Positions 54,650-64,000 of a stretch of 64,000 nt of DNA are shown one piece after another (position 1 is the first letter of the stretch; every line of letters begins with the position of its first letter). The stretch is from a virus (Duplodnaviria > Caudoviricetes): IMG/VR virus record IMGVR_UViG_3300009678_000002, positions 27,406-91,405 of that record; one strand, 5' to 3'. Made by a program: the position numbers and the translations under genes. The notes beneath the pieces were generated by a model. The model saw only the letters and a program-made list of their open reading frames with translations, was not told where the DNA came from and made no database searches.

Positions 54650-55386
54650 AGATCGAGGCGGACAAGTACGACGGGCAGACCGTGTACATCGTGCTGCGCG
54701 CGGGCGAGTACCTCTCGCCGGCCGCGATCGAGCGCGCGCTGAAGTACGCGCGCAAGCGCGAGCGGCCGTTCGTCGAGGTGTACGAGGGCGAGCAGTTCAA
54801 GCGGCTGATGCTGGCCGAGCCGGAGGGCGACCGTGGCTAGCGCGCGCGAGTACGGGTTCAACGGCCTGGCCGGATGCGTGACGCAGTTCCGGTCGCGCGC
54901 CACGCGCACGCGGGTCGGCATTTACCACAGCATGCAATCGGGCATGGAGTCCGACCCCGAGCTGCCGTGGTCGAGCGTGTGCGAGGAGCATCACACGCTC
55001 GTGTCGCACCCGACCCTCGAGGACGCGCGCCGCACCCGTGACCCGCGCGACTTCTGCGACGACTGCCGCGAGGCGCAGCCATGACCGCGCAGGCCGACGC
55101 ACGTCTCGAGCAGTGGTGCTGGCGCGAGCCCGCCGATCCGTTTCGTGCACCCGAGGTCAGCAGCAAGCTGCTGTGCGGCATCGTGTACGACCACCCCGGC
55201 CGGCCGGACGGTTCGCAGATCACGACAAGCCCCGTGGTGTCGTTCGCGGACGGCGTCGCGACCACGACCTCGGGCACGCGCTACCGCCTGGGTGAGCCCG
55301 CGCCGGAGTTCGTCGCGTGGATGGCCGAGCATTACCCCGGCTGGGATCCCGCGCGCCCGCTCGACGTCGCGATGAGGCGGCAGTGA
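54646..55386 (+). CDS. Three small coupled ORFs (54646-54840, 54833-55084, 55081-55386)
   Basis: Overlapping start/stop chain; the last has G.VY.HP...DG..ITTS...T.SG..YRL. Confidence 0.6.
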
Positions 55387-56147
55387 CGACGTTCTACCTC
55401 GGCGCGCACCATCCGGATTGGCTCGCGCGGTCCAGCGTTCCGCTGTTCGTGTCGCGCTCGTCGCTCGCGGGCCGGCGCAGCCTGCCGCGCGCGATCGCAC
55501 CGTGGGCGCTCGACTCGGGCGGCTTCACCGAGCTCAGCACGCACGGCCGCTGGCGCTCGACCGCGCGCGAGTACGCGGCCGACGTGCGCCGGTTCCGCGA
55601 CGAGATCGGCATGCTCGACTGGGCCGCTCCGCAGGACTGGATGTGCGAGCGCAAGCCGGTCGACATGCTGGCCAAGACCGGGTTGACGCTCGAGGAGCAC
55701 CAGCGCCGCACGCTCGACAACTACCTGGAGCTCCGCGCGATGGCGCCCGACCTGCCGATCATCCCTGTGCTGCAGGGCTGGGGGCTCGGCGACTACTGGC
55801 GCCACTTCGAAGCGTACGCCGCCGCCGGCGTCGACCTCGCATCGTTGCCGCTGGTCGGTGTCGGGACCGTGTGCCGTCGGCAGAACACCGCCGTCGCTGG
55901 GATCGTCCTGAGCATGCTCGCGAGCGAAGGCCTGCGGCTGCACGGGTTCGGCCTCAAGCTGCAGGGGCTGCGGCTGTCCGCGTCGCATCTCGCGTCGGCC
56001 GACTCGATGGCCTGGTCGTTCAACGCGCGGCGCAACCCGCCGCTGCCTGGGCACGCTCACAAGAGCTGCAGCAACTGTCTCGAATACGCACTGATGTGGC
56101 GCGAGGACGCGGTCAACGCGGTCGAGCGCGGGAGGACCGCAGCATGA
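55383..56147 (+). CDS. TGT-like/DpdA-family base-exchange protein
   Basis: LDSGGF, PQDWMCE, IPVLQG, VGVGTVCRRQ, LHGFGLK, SADSMAW. Confidence 0.8.
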   Translation: MTTFYLGAHHPDWLARSSVPLFVSRSSLAGRRSLPRAIAPWALDSGGFTELSTHGRWRSTAREYAADVRRFRDEIGMLDWAAPQDWMCERKPVDMLAKTGLTLEEHQRRTLDNYLELRAMAPDLPIIPVLQGWGLGDYWRHFEAYAAAGVDLASLPLVGVGTVCRRQNTAVAGIVLSMLASEGLRLHGFGLKLQGLRLSASHLASADSMAWSFNARRNPPLPGHAHKSCSNCLEYALMWREDAVNAVERGRTAA

Positions 56148-57433
56148 AAATCGAAACCCAAGTCAGCATCGACAAGCGCTTCGACGCGATGGTCGCGGCG
56201 CTGCTCGCGCTGGTCGACGACCGCGGGCACGCCATCGTGACCGAGAACGCCGCGCAGCTGTCCGTGTGGCAAGCGCTGCAGGCGCAGTCGGCCTTCGGCG
56301 CATGGACCGCGCTGCTCGGCGCGTCGCCGAAGCTCGACCCGGTATGGGTCCGCAACCTGCTGCGCGAGCACGACTGCTTCCCGCTCGCGACCGAGAGCGT
56401 CGCTGCGTTCCTCAAGCGCGCGGGCCTGCCGAACCCCGCCGACCGGCGCGGGGCGTCGGCGCTCGACCGGTTCCTCGGACGAACCACCCCACCAGGGCAC
56501 GCGCACAAGGAGTCGCGGTCATGAAAAACTTCGGAGGCAGCATCAACTGCGAGCCGGTGTTCCGCGAACACCGATTGCTGGCAGACCCCCAGGGCTCGGC
56601 CACGTTGACCGTGTACGTCATGAGCGCCGACGCCATCGGCAGTCGCGCGCTCGTTCGGCGCTACGCCCAGGGCGTGCCGGACGACAACGACGACGTGCGC
56701 CGCGTCGAGCAGTGGGAAGTGGCCAAGGTCTTGAACACGACCGCGGCCGTCAGGCTCGCGGTGACCGAGGCTGATTCATGGTTCGCGAGGGCGGCGGCTG
56801 AGCTCGCCGCGTATGGAGGAGAGGGATGAGTTCAACGTTCACGATGGCCGCTGCGTGGCAGATGTACCTGAAGCAGGTGCTGCCGGCTGACGCGCCACCG
56901 ATGCAGCGCACCGAGTGCCGGCTGGCGTTCTATGCCGGAGCGTTCGCGCTGTTCAACGGCATCATGGGCTCGCTCGATCCCAGCCCCGGTGTGACCGAGG
57001 CGGACGTGGCCGTGCTCGAGAACCTCGAGGCGGAGTTCGACAGCTTCCGCGCAGAGGTCGCAGCCACGCATCGACACGGAGCGCCGTCATGAACGCCAGA
57101 TCAAGAGCGCTCGCAGCCTTCGCTGTTCCCATCCAGCGCAACGCGCAGGAGCACGCGATCGCGGTCGTCGACTCGGTCGAGCTCGACATGCGCGCCCGCG
57201 TTACGATGTCGCTGGCCGAAGGCCTCGAAGACCTGAACCCGCGCGACGAGTGGGACGGCTCGGGCTGCGCATCGGGTGTGCCCGCTGGCGCGGTCGAGTG
57301 GGCCGCCGACGTCTGGATCGAAGCGTTCAACTCCGCGCTGCGTGTGATCGTCGATCAGCGGAATGCCGCGAGCGCGAGCGGCGAGCAGTTCATGCGCGAG
57401 CACCTGCGCGAGCTCGAGTCGAGGCGCACATGA
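56144..57433 (+). CDS. Four small coupled ORFs (56144-56524, 56521-56829, 56826-57092, 57089-57433)
   Basis: ATGA chain; the third has Q..E.R.AFYAGA. Confidence 0.6.
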
Positions 57434-58533
57434 TCCACCTCCGAAGCAGCGGCCTGCCGCTCTCGTTCATCTGCCCCGGCTCGGCGCGCCCGGCATCGCT
57501 CCTGGTCGACGAGCACAACGACGCGGCCGAGACCGGCTCGGCCGCGCACACGGCGCTGCGCTCGCTGGTCGAACTCGGGATGGTCGACTGGGACGCGCTG
57601 CCCGGACTCGCGCTCGCGCACGGCGTCGAGCTCGACGAGCTGCGCATGCTGTGCTCGATCGCGCTCAAGCTCTGGCCTGCGATCGAGGCGAGCTTCCCCG
57701 ATGCGATCACCGAGGTCTACCTGCGCGCGCCACTCGACGAGGACGGCAGCGTGCTGAGCGGGCACATCGACGCGCTGTCGCTCGCGCAGACCGTGGCGCG
57801 GTTCCTCGACTGGAAGACCGGCCGCAAGGATAAGGACTATCACGCGCAGCTGATGGGCTATGCCGCGCTCGTGCTCGAGAACCACCGCGAGGTCGAGCAC
57901 GTGACCGGCACGATCGTGTGGGTCCGCTCATCCGAGATCGAGAACTACACGGTGTCGCGCGCGCAGGGGGACGCATGGCTCGAGCGTGTGCGCGCAGAGG
58001 TCGTGCGCTGGGATGGCGCCTACCACCCCGGCGTGCACTGCGAGTGGTGCCCGCGCTCGCACGAGTGCTCGGCAGCGAACGCGCTGGCGCGGCGCGACGT
58101 GGCTGCGTTCATGGACGCTGGCATCGACGAGGCGGTCGGTCTGATGGCGCCCGAGCAGGCCATCGAGATGACCGAGAAGACCTACCAGATCGAGCGCATG
58201 GCGAAGCGCGTGCGCCAAGCGATCAAGGATCGCGTTCAGCAGCGCGGCGACATCGTGGGCGGCGGCAAGCGGCTGACGGTCGTGACCGAGCGCAAGCGCA
58301 AGCTCGACGTACTCAAAGCGTGGCCGGTGCTTGAGGACGCGGGTTTCGGCAATGCCGAGTTCGCGCGCTGCATCAAGCTCTCGGTGACCGCGGTAGAGAA
58401 AGTCGCAGCGGAGACGGCGGGGCGTGGCAACGGTGCCGCGGCAGTCCGCAAGTTGAAGGCCGCCCTCGAGACAGCGGATGCGGTCGAGGTCGAGGAAGAC
58501 AGCAGACTCATGATCAAGAGGGAAGGAACCTGA
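57430..58533 (+). CDS. PD-(D/E)XK Cas4/RecB-like exonuclease (DUF2800-like)
   Basis: CPGS, GSAAH, GHID, DWKTG, QLMGYA, PGVHCEWCP...C. Confidence 0.88.
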   Translation: MIHLRSSGLPLSFICPGSARPASLLVDEHNDAAETGSAAHTALRSLVELGMVDWDALPGLALAHGVELDELRMLCSIALKLWPAIEASFPDAITEVYLRAPLDEDGSVLSGHIDALSLAQTVARFLDWKTGRKDKDYHAQLMGYAALVLENHREVEHVTGTIVWVRSSEIENYTVSRAQGDAWLERVRAEVVRWDGAYHPGVHCEWCPRSHECSAANALARRDVAAFMDAGIDEAVGLMAPEQAIEMTEKTYQIERMAKRVRQAIKDRVQQRGDIVGGGKRLTVVTERKRKLDVLKAWPVLEDAGFGNAEFARCIKLSVTAVEKVAAETAGRGNGAAAVRKLKAALETADAVEVEEDSRLMIKREGT

Positions 58534-58537
58534 AGCC

Positions 58538-59605
58538 ATGGCAAACGAACAGAACAGAGCACAAGTGATCGAGCGCGAACGCGGCGACGACTTCGACTTC
58601 GACACCGGCGAGGTGGCGGCGATCCAGCACGTATCGATCTCGGCGATTGGCGCGCTCGCCAAGAGCGAGACCGAGGCGCAGCTCGAGGCCGCGCACCGGT
58701 TCCCGCGGTCGATCACGCGCTTCCTTCGGGAGGCGATGGCGCTGGTCACGTACGACCAGGAGGTCGCCGAGTCGTGCATCTACAGCCTGCCGCGCAGCGG
58801 TAAGGCAATCACCGGCCCGTCGGTCCGGCTCGCGGAGATCGCGGCCAGCTGTTACGGGAACCTGCACGTCGGCGCGCGCGTGATGGACGCCGAGGACAAG
58901 GAGGTAAACGCCCAGGGCGTGGCGTGGGACCTCGAGAAGAACCTGCGCGTGACCGTCGAGAACCGGCGCCGCATCACCGGCCGCGACGGCAAGCGGTTCA
59001 ACGACGACATGATCACGATGACCGGCAACGCCGCCGCATCCATCGCGCTGCGCAACGCGATCTTCCGGGTCATCCCCCGGAGCTACATCAATAAGCTGTA
59101 CGAGGCCGCGCGGAAGTCCGCGGTCGGCGACGCCACGACGCTGGTCGCCAAGCGCGACACGCTGATCGCTCGCCTGCTCAAGCTCGGCATCACGCTCGAC
59201 CGCGTGCTCGCTCGCATCGGCAAGGCCGGCGTCGAGGACATCGGGCTCGACGACATCGCGACGCTGATCGGGTACGGCACCGCCATCAAAGATGGCGACG
59301 CCACGATCGACCAGATGTTCCCCGCGGTCGGAGCTGCAGGCGCACCGCCGGCGCCCGCTGCCGCCGCCGACGACGGGCGGAAGATCTCGCTGCGCCCGGA
59401 GACCACGGCCGAGGCGAAGACCGATCCCACGCGGGAGGACAAGCCTGCGGAGGATGCGCCGCCCGCCGAGGACGACGCGGCCAAGCAGGAGCGCGACCGC
59501 GCCATGAAGGCGGCCGAGCAGAAGCTGGCCGAGCAGGGCCAGTCCAACGCGCCGGGCCCCGGCGACCTGTTCCACAAGGGCGACGGTCGCGGCAAAAAGA
59601 AGTGA
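58538..59605 (+). CDS. Putative single-strand annealing/recombination protein
   Basis: RFPR..YSLPR.GK.ITGPSVRLAE..GN; follows the exonuclease; disordered C-terminus. Confidence 0.6.
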   Translation: MANEQNRAQVIERERGDDFDFDTGEVAAIQHVSISAIGALAKSETEAQLEAAHRFPRSITRFLREAMALVTYDQEVAESCIYSLPRSGKAITGPSVRLAEIAASCYGNLHVGARVMDAEDKEVNAQGVAWDLEKNLRVTVENRRRITGRDGKRFNDDMITMTGNAAASIALRNAIFRVIPRSYINKLYEAARKSAVGDATTLVAKRDTLIARLLKLGITLDRVLARIGKAGVEDIGLDDIATLIGYGTAIKDGDATIDQMFPAVGAAGAPPAPAAAADDGRKISLRPETTAEAKTDPTREDKPAEDAPPAEDDAAKQERDRAMKAAEQKLAEQGQSNAPGPGDLFHKGDGRGKKK

Positions 59606-59952
59606 GCGCCATGCAGGCCAAGACATTCGAAGTCCGTGATCGGATGACGTTCATCCCCGCGCTCGCGGTGAAGCTGGACCCGGCGTGCGAGAGGGACCGT
59701 TACCTCCTCGCGCGCGCCGGGTACGGCCTCTCGCCGTTCGAGCAGGCCGAGTACGTGCTGCTGGTCAAGGTCTCCGGCGACGAGCCGAAGACGCAGCACG
59801 ATCCCCACTCGTGGGGCGACCGCACGATGCGCGCGGCACACCAGCACATCATCGAGAACTGGTCACTGCTCGAGTCCGGCGCAGTGGTCGACGTCGAGTT
59901 CATCCTCGGCGAGAAGCAGGCCCCCACCGAGAGCGAGGCGCGCAGCTCATGA
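59602..59952 (+). CDS. Conserved phage hypothetical protein
   Basis: EVRDRMTFIP..DP..W..RTM..AH..G.VVDVEFILGE. Confidence 0.7.
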   Translation: MSAMQAKTFEVRDRMTFIPALAVKLDPACERDRYLLARAGYGLSPFEQAEYVLLVKVSGDEPKTQHDPHSWGDRTMRAAHQHIIENWSLLESGAVVDVEFILGEKQAPTESEARSS

Positions 59953-60434
59953 CCGGTCGAGCAAACCTCATCAACGGTCGCCTGGTGCGTGGGCTCACGC
60001 TCTGGCGCCCGTGGCCTTGGGCGTTCGTGCACGCAGGGAAAAGAATAGAGAACCGCGACTGGCCCGCGCCGAAGTGGATGATCGGCGGCTACCTCGCGCT
60101 GCACGCGGGCAAGCACTTCGACCACCATGCGTGCGCGGACATGCGCGAGGGACTGTTCAGCGCGGCGGCGCGCGCCTGCCCCGAGGACAAGCACGCGCAC
60201 CCCGACAGCGTCGTGTTCGCGATCGCCCAGGTCACCGGGTTCTACAAGCTGCAGACACCGCATCCGCGGCGCGGCAAGGACCCGTTCGCGTTCGGCCCGT
60301 ACGTCTGGCAGACGCCCGATGTGATCGTGCTGCCGAGGCCGGTGCCGTGCGCGGGCAAGCAAGGCCTGTGGATTCTACCTGATGCGGTGTTCGCCCAAGT
60401 GGCAGAGCAGCTAGGAAAGGCGGCCGTAGCATGA
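59949..60434 (+). CDS. ASCH-domain protein
   Basis: LTLWRPW..GKRIENRDW..LALHAG..PVPCAGKQGLW. Confidence 0.88.
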   Translation: MTGRANLINGRLVRGLTLWRPWPWAFVHAGKRIENRDWPAPKWMIGGYLALHAGKHFDHHACADMREGLFSAAARACPEDKHAHPDSVVFAIAQVTGFYKLQTPHPRRGKDPFAFGPYVWQTPDVIVLPRPVPCAGKQGLWILPDAVFAQVAEQLGKAAVA

Positions 60435-61036
60435 CGACCGAGGCCGACATCCCCACCGACGCGATCGCGCCGGAGCCGAAGCGCGACCCGGGCGAGCTCG
60501 GCGAGTGCTGCAACCGGCCGTGGTCCACGCACAAGGACACGGCGCCGAACCCTGCGGCAGCGCGCGCCATCTGCAAGGGCACTGCGACGGGGTTCCGCCC
60601 GCGGAGCTCGGTGTTCGCGATGAAGGTCTGCGACATCTGCAAAGGCAGGACCGAGCATCGCGACGGGGAGTGCACGCAGCACCCGCCCGCGCGCGAGCTC
60701 GTCGAGACAGCTACGCCGCTCGGCCAGCCAGTAGGGATCCGAGTGAGCGCGCTCCGCGAGGACGCGCCCGCATGCGTTGACGGATCGTCGGACGCGCAGC
60801 ATGCGGCAAAGGTATCGACGGGCGAGACGGACTCGCATCAAGCCGGTGACAGCCGGGAACAGACCGGCACCTCTATGCTGCTCGAGCAGCTCACCGAGCA
60901 CACGACGATCGGCGCGCTGCAGGACGGCTACCACAAGGCGCGCGCGCTGCTCGCGGTGCTGGTCGAGCACGGCTACACCGGGCGCGACGTTGATCACGTG
61001 ACGTGGCTGCGCGAGCGGCTCGGAGGCAAGCCATGA
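60431..61036 (+). CDS. Hypothetical protein with Cys motifs
   Basis: ATGA-coupled; CDIC..TEH...C. Confidence 0.6.
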   Translation: MTTEADIPTDAIAPEPKRDPGELGECCNRPWSTHKDTAPNPAAARAICKGTATGFRPRSSVFAMKVCDICKGRTEHRDGECTQHPPARELVETATPLGQPVGIRVSALREDAPACVDGSSDAQHAAKVSTGETDSHQAGDSREQTGTSMLLEQLTEHTTIGALQDGYHKARALLAVLVEHGYTGRDVDHVTWLRERLGGKP

Positions 61037-62211
61037 TCCTCTGCGCTTTCCATCACGGGTACGTCGCTGGGTGCGTGACGTGCGAGATTGCGGACGGCTA
61101 CGCCAGGCAGAACGCCGCTTCCCAGCGCCCGCCCACGAGTCAGCGAGAGGGCTCTGTCACACCAGCGCAGCCCTGCCCGTGCGTGAGCCTGCCGCAATGC
61201 CACAGCCACTGCCCCTGCGCGAATCCGTGGGTGCTCGGCAATCAGCCGACCGCCCGCTGCAAGATGTGCGACGGCAGCGGCACCATGCCGTCGCCCACGC
61301 CAGCGCAAGCCCCGGAGCCGCCAGACATGTGCGGCCACGCGATGATCGGCGGCTTTCCCTGCACGCGCGCGCCGGACCACGGCGGGGAGCATGCGCGTCT
61401 AACGGCGGTCCTGGTTCACGACGGCGATTGCCCCACATGCGCATCCCCGCCCGTACCCCCGCCAGTGGAGCCCGCCCCGCAGCCGACGCGGCCGGAGTTG
61501 TGCGCGGAGTGCCAGCGCGGATGGAAGTGCCTACACAGCTTTACGTGCGTCGAACGCTGGGCACTGTACGGAAACGGTCACAACGCCGGCCACGCCGCAT
61601 CCACCGCCGAGTTGGCACGGCTGAGGGCCGCGTACACCGAGACGCTAGCCGAGCGTGACGCGATGCAGTCAGTAGCAACACAGGCGGGCCGCGTTCTCGC
61701 GGCTGCGCGTGCGCGCGTAGACATCGCGGAGAGCAAGCTGGTTTCGCAACGCAAGTACGCTCGCGCGCGGCTCGAGCAAGCTCGCTCCGACTACGACAAG
61801 AACCTCGACGCCGAGCGCGAGCGCCATGCAGAAGAGGTGCGGGGGCTACGGGCGCGGGTAGCCACGCTGAGCGTGGAGCTTCGCAACGCGCTCGACGAAC
61901 GCGACGCCGCCCGCGCCGAGCTCGAAGCCGAACGAGCCGGCCCGGTGAGCGCGCTCACGAAGCTCGAAGATGAGCGCGAGCGCCATGCAGCCGAGAACGC
62001 CGCCGCCATGAGCACCGCGATCGGGCTGCGCGAGGAACGCGACACCGCCCGCGCCGAGCTCGATGCTGAGCGTGAGAGGGTGCGGGAGTTGTGTGCGGCG
62101 GTCGATTCGGCCGATGTCGACTCGAAGCGCTACGTCGACCACTTGCCCGGAGGCATCATGTGGAACCGCGTGCTCGCCGCCCGCGCCGCGCTGGCGAAAG
62201 GGGGCGGGTGA
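61033..62211 (+). CDS. Multi-Cys-module protein with repeated coiled coil
   Basis: Several Cys/His clusters; ERERHA and ERDxARAEL repeats. Confidence 0.7.
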   Translation: MILCAFHHGYVAGCVTCEIADGYARQNAASQRPPTSQREGSVTPAQPCPCVSLPQCHSHCPCANPWVLGNQPTARCKMCDGSGTMPSPTPAQAPEPPDMCGHAMIGGFPCTRAPDHGGEHARLTAVLVHDGDCPTCASPPVPPPVEPAPQPTRPELCAECQRGWKCLHSFTCVERWALYGNGHNAGHAASTAELARLRAAYTETLAERDAMQSVATQAGRVLAAARARVDIAESKLVSQRKYARARLEQARSDYDKNLDAERERHAEEVRGLRARVATLSVELRNALDERDAARAELEAERAGPVSALTKLEDERERHAAENAAAMSTAIGLREERDTARAELDAERERVRELCAAVDSADVDSKRYVDHLPGGIMWNRVLAARAALAKGGG

Positions 62212-63548
62212 TGCGACTCGAACCAAAGGCGAAGCTGTACCACCGCGCGAAGTACATCAGCGACCGCGGCGTGTCCGCGCTCTGCTTCCCGAAGCCGCGC
62301 GCAATCGACCTACGCAAAGCGCTGTGGACGATCGTCGACGCGTCGGTGACGTGCCCGAAGTGCTTGAAGCTGATGGCCGCACCCCCAGCCGTACCGACGC
62401 CGGAGAGGGAGCTATGAGCGAACTGCACTGGATCTCATTCGTGATCGGCGGCGTTGTCGTGCCGGCCGGACTGCTACTTGTCGCGTGTCTTTACGAAGCC
62501 GCCAGCGAAACGATCAAGAGCTTCCGGTACAAGCGGTACATGGCGAAGTCGTGCGCGCTTTGCTGGGCCACGCGCGGCGAGCACGCGCTCGAAAGCTCGC
62601 TGTGTCCGATGCCGCGGCAGTGGAGCAAGGACGAACGCTTTACGCCACGGGAGCCCCAGCCATGAAGCCGCGCAAGCCCCGGGTGGGCATCGACACCGAG
62701 CAGCGCTGCGACGACCTAGATGCCGCGCGCGGCGCGTTCAAAGCGCACGACGGCACGCCCGGCTACCACACCGGATTCGCCGATGGCGCCGCCTACGCCC
62801 GCCAAGGTCAGGCCGACGCTGTACGGGAAGCGAGGCGAGCGGACTTGGAGCGGATCAGGCGCTCGCGCACGACGGGCTCGGTCAACGCGGTGATCGACGC
62901 CATCGAAGCGGAGCTGCGCGAGCAGAGCGGGGGCGGCGATGGCGCGTAAAGCGTTCATGGTCTACGTGCCAGAGGCTACGGCGGTCACACCGCTCGCGGG
63001 TCGCTGCATCGTTGACCACTGGTGGATCGTGCACCCGCAGCACGGGTTGGCGTTCTACGAGTGGGGCGGAGATGCGCCGTCCCCACAGTGCAACTCGGCG
63101 CGCGGCGTGGTCGAGCCGATGACGCACGAGGGCAGAATGCACGCTGGCCACATGGTCAAGCACTTCCCGGTCGTGTTCGTTGGGCACGCACACCGCGAGC
63201 TTCGGCGACTGCGCGAGTCCCGCACCCGTACCGCCGCCGAGCGTGGGGGCGACCGTGGGGAGTGACGCTGCGAGGCGCGAACCGTACGACGTGCTCGAGT
63301 GCAAGAGCTGCGGCGCACGCCTAACCCGCGAGCAGCTACATCCGGGCGCCATGGCGAAGATCGCCGCCGAGGTGTTCGAGAAGCCGATCGAGATGTTGCC
63401 CATGTGCCACAGCCGCATGGTCACGATCGGAAGTGGCGTCCGGGGGATGATCGGCAGCCGCATGGAGACGCGGGATTGCGGGCCCGTCGAACTACGCACG
63501 ATCAGCGTTCAAGAGCAGTTCGTCGAATGGCTCGAGGGCACACCATGA
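62211..63548 (+). CDS. Five small coupled ORFs (62211-62417, 62414-62665, 62662-62949, 62939-63265, 63255-63548)
   Basis: Overlapping start/stop chain; several CxxC motifs. Confidence 0.55.
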
Positions 63549-64000
63549 AAAAGCCACACCGTTTCGCCGAGGGCACCGCCGTGCCCGTCGAGAAGACGCG
63601 CGGAGAGATCGAGTCGCTGCTCATCAAGCACGGCGCGAACGGATTTCTGAGCGCGTGGCAGGACCGCAGCGCGGTGATCCAGTTCCGGCTGAACGGTCGC
63701 ATGCTGCGCTATGCGATCGAGATCCCCGACCCGGCCGAGTTCAAGCGCAACGCCACGCACTCGTGGAAGGTGAACAGCGCCGAGCGGTGCCAGGTATACG
63801 CGGACGCCGAGCACCGCCGTCGATGGCGCGCGCTGCTGCTCATCCTGAAGGCCAAGCTCGAGATCGTAGCGAGCGGCGACAGCTCGTTCGACCGCGAGTT
63901 CCTGGCCGACATCATGCTGCCGCAGGGCGGGACCGTCGGCGAGAAGCTCGTGCCGCAGATCGAGCACGCATACGAGACCGGAGAAATGCCGAGGCTGCTC
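63545..64000 (+). CDS. Conserved phage hypothetical protein, runs off the window
   Basis: MKKPHRFAEGTAVPVEKTRGEIESLLIKHGA...RWRALLLILKAKLE; no stop before 64000. Confidence 0.7.
   Translation, partial: MKKPHRFAEGTAVPVEKTRGEIESLLIKHGANGFLSAWQDRSAVIQFRLNGRMLRYAIEIPDPAEFKRNATHSWKVNSAERCQVYADAEHRRRWRALLLILKAKLEIVASGDSSFDREFLADIMLPQGGTVGEKLVPQIEHAYETGEMPRLL

Larger units (their letters stand above)
1..64000. mobile_element. Temperate tailed phage/prophage (siphovirus-like), incomplete at both ends
   Basis: Terminase, portal, protease, capsid, tail tube, tape measure, replication, recombination and divergent XRE repressor genes in a lambdoid-like layout. No sheath gene and no host housekeeping genes. 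Confidence 0.97.

Noticed and set aside
57430-58533. Cas4 as a sign of a CRISPR system
   Set aside because: No repeat-spacer array or other cas genes; context fits a phage recombination nuclease.
61800-62070. Direct repeats (GAGCGCGAGCGCCATGCAG and others)
   Set aside because: They encode repeated coiled-coil segments, not an array or att site.

Overview
The whole 64-kb window is an incomplete genome segment of one high-GC (about 70%, by eye) tailed temperate phage or prophage, open at both ends. No host genes, integrase, tRNA or CRISPR array were seen. The Cys-rich lipoproteins suggest a Myxococcota-like host (inference). From right to left there are five regions. (1) A plus-strand early operon at 52.7-64 kb with many small ORFs, a DpdA/TGT-like protein, a PD-(D/E)XK exonuclease with a putative annealing protein, and ASCH. 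(2) An immunity switch at 51.1-52.7 kb with Cro-like and CI-like genes and a degenerate ImmA-like gene. (3) A minus-strand replication/middle region at 33-51 kb with a Dam-like MTase, Crp/Fnr-like regulator, initiator, DnaB, RuvC, SLT, two Tat-signal proteins and an SF2 helicase. (4) A ParB-MTase gene and two plus-strand islands headed by near-identical leaderless promoters: amidoligase plus two gamma-glutamylcyclotransferases, and six microproteins. (5) A minus-strand late operon with terminase, Mu-type portal, HK97-type protease, capsid, neck, siphovirus-type tail tube, chaperones, tape measure and tail tip. The most striking feature is the end of the late operon (8-6743), where tail fibres and lysis genes normally sit. 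It instead encodes exported proteins: four lipoproteins and a 1375-aa Sec-exported, ~48-Cys fibre-like adhesin/depolymerase, plus a signal-less papain-like protease. Two of the lipoproteins share a jelly-roll motif with a domain fused to the neck adaptor. This suggests a possibly undescribed envelope-staged route of virion decoration (hypothesis). Other notable signals are copies of the TerL C-terminal peptide on a kinase and of the tape-measure C-terminal peptide on a capsid-adjacent protein, and a candidate structured ncRNA near 42.2 kb. All family assignments come from motif recognition by eye; no database searches were run.
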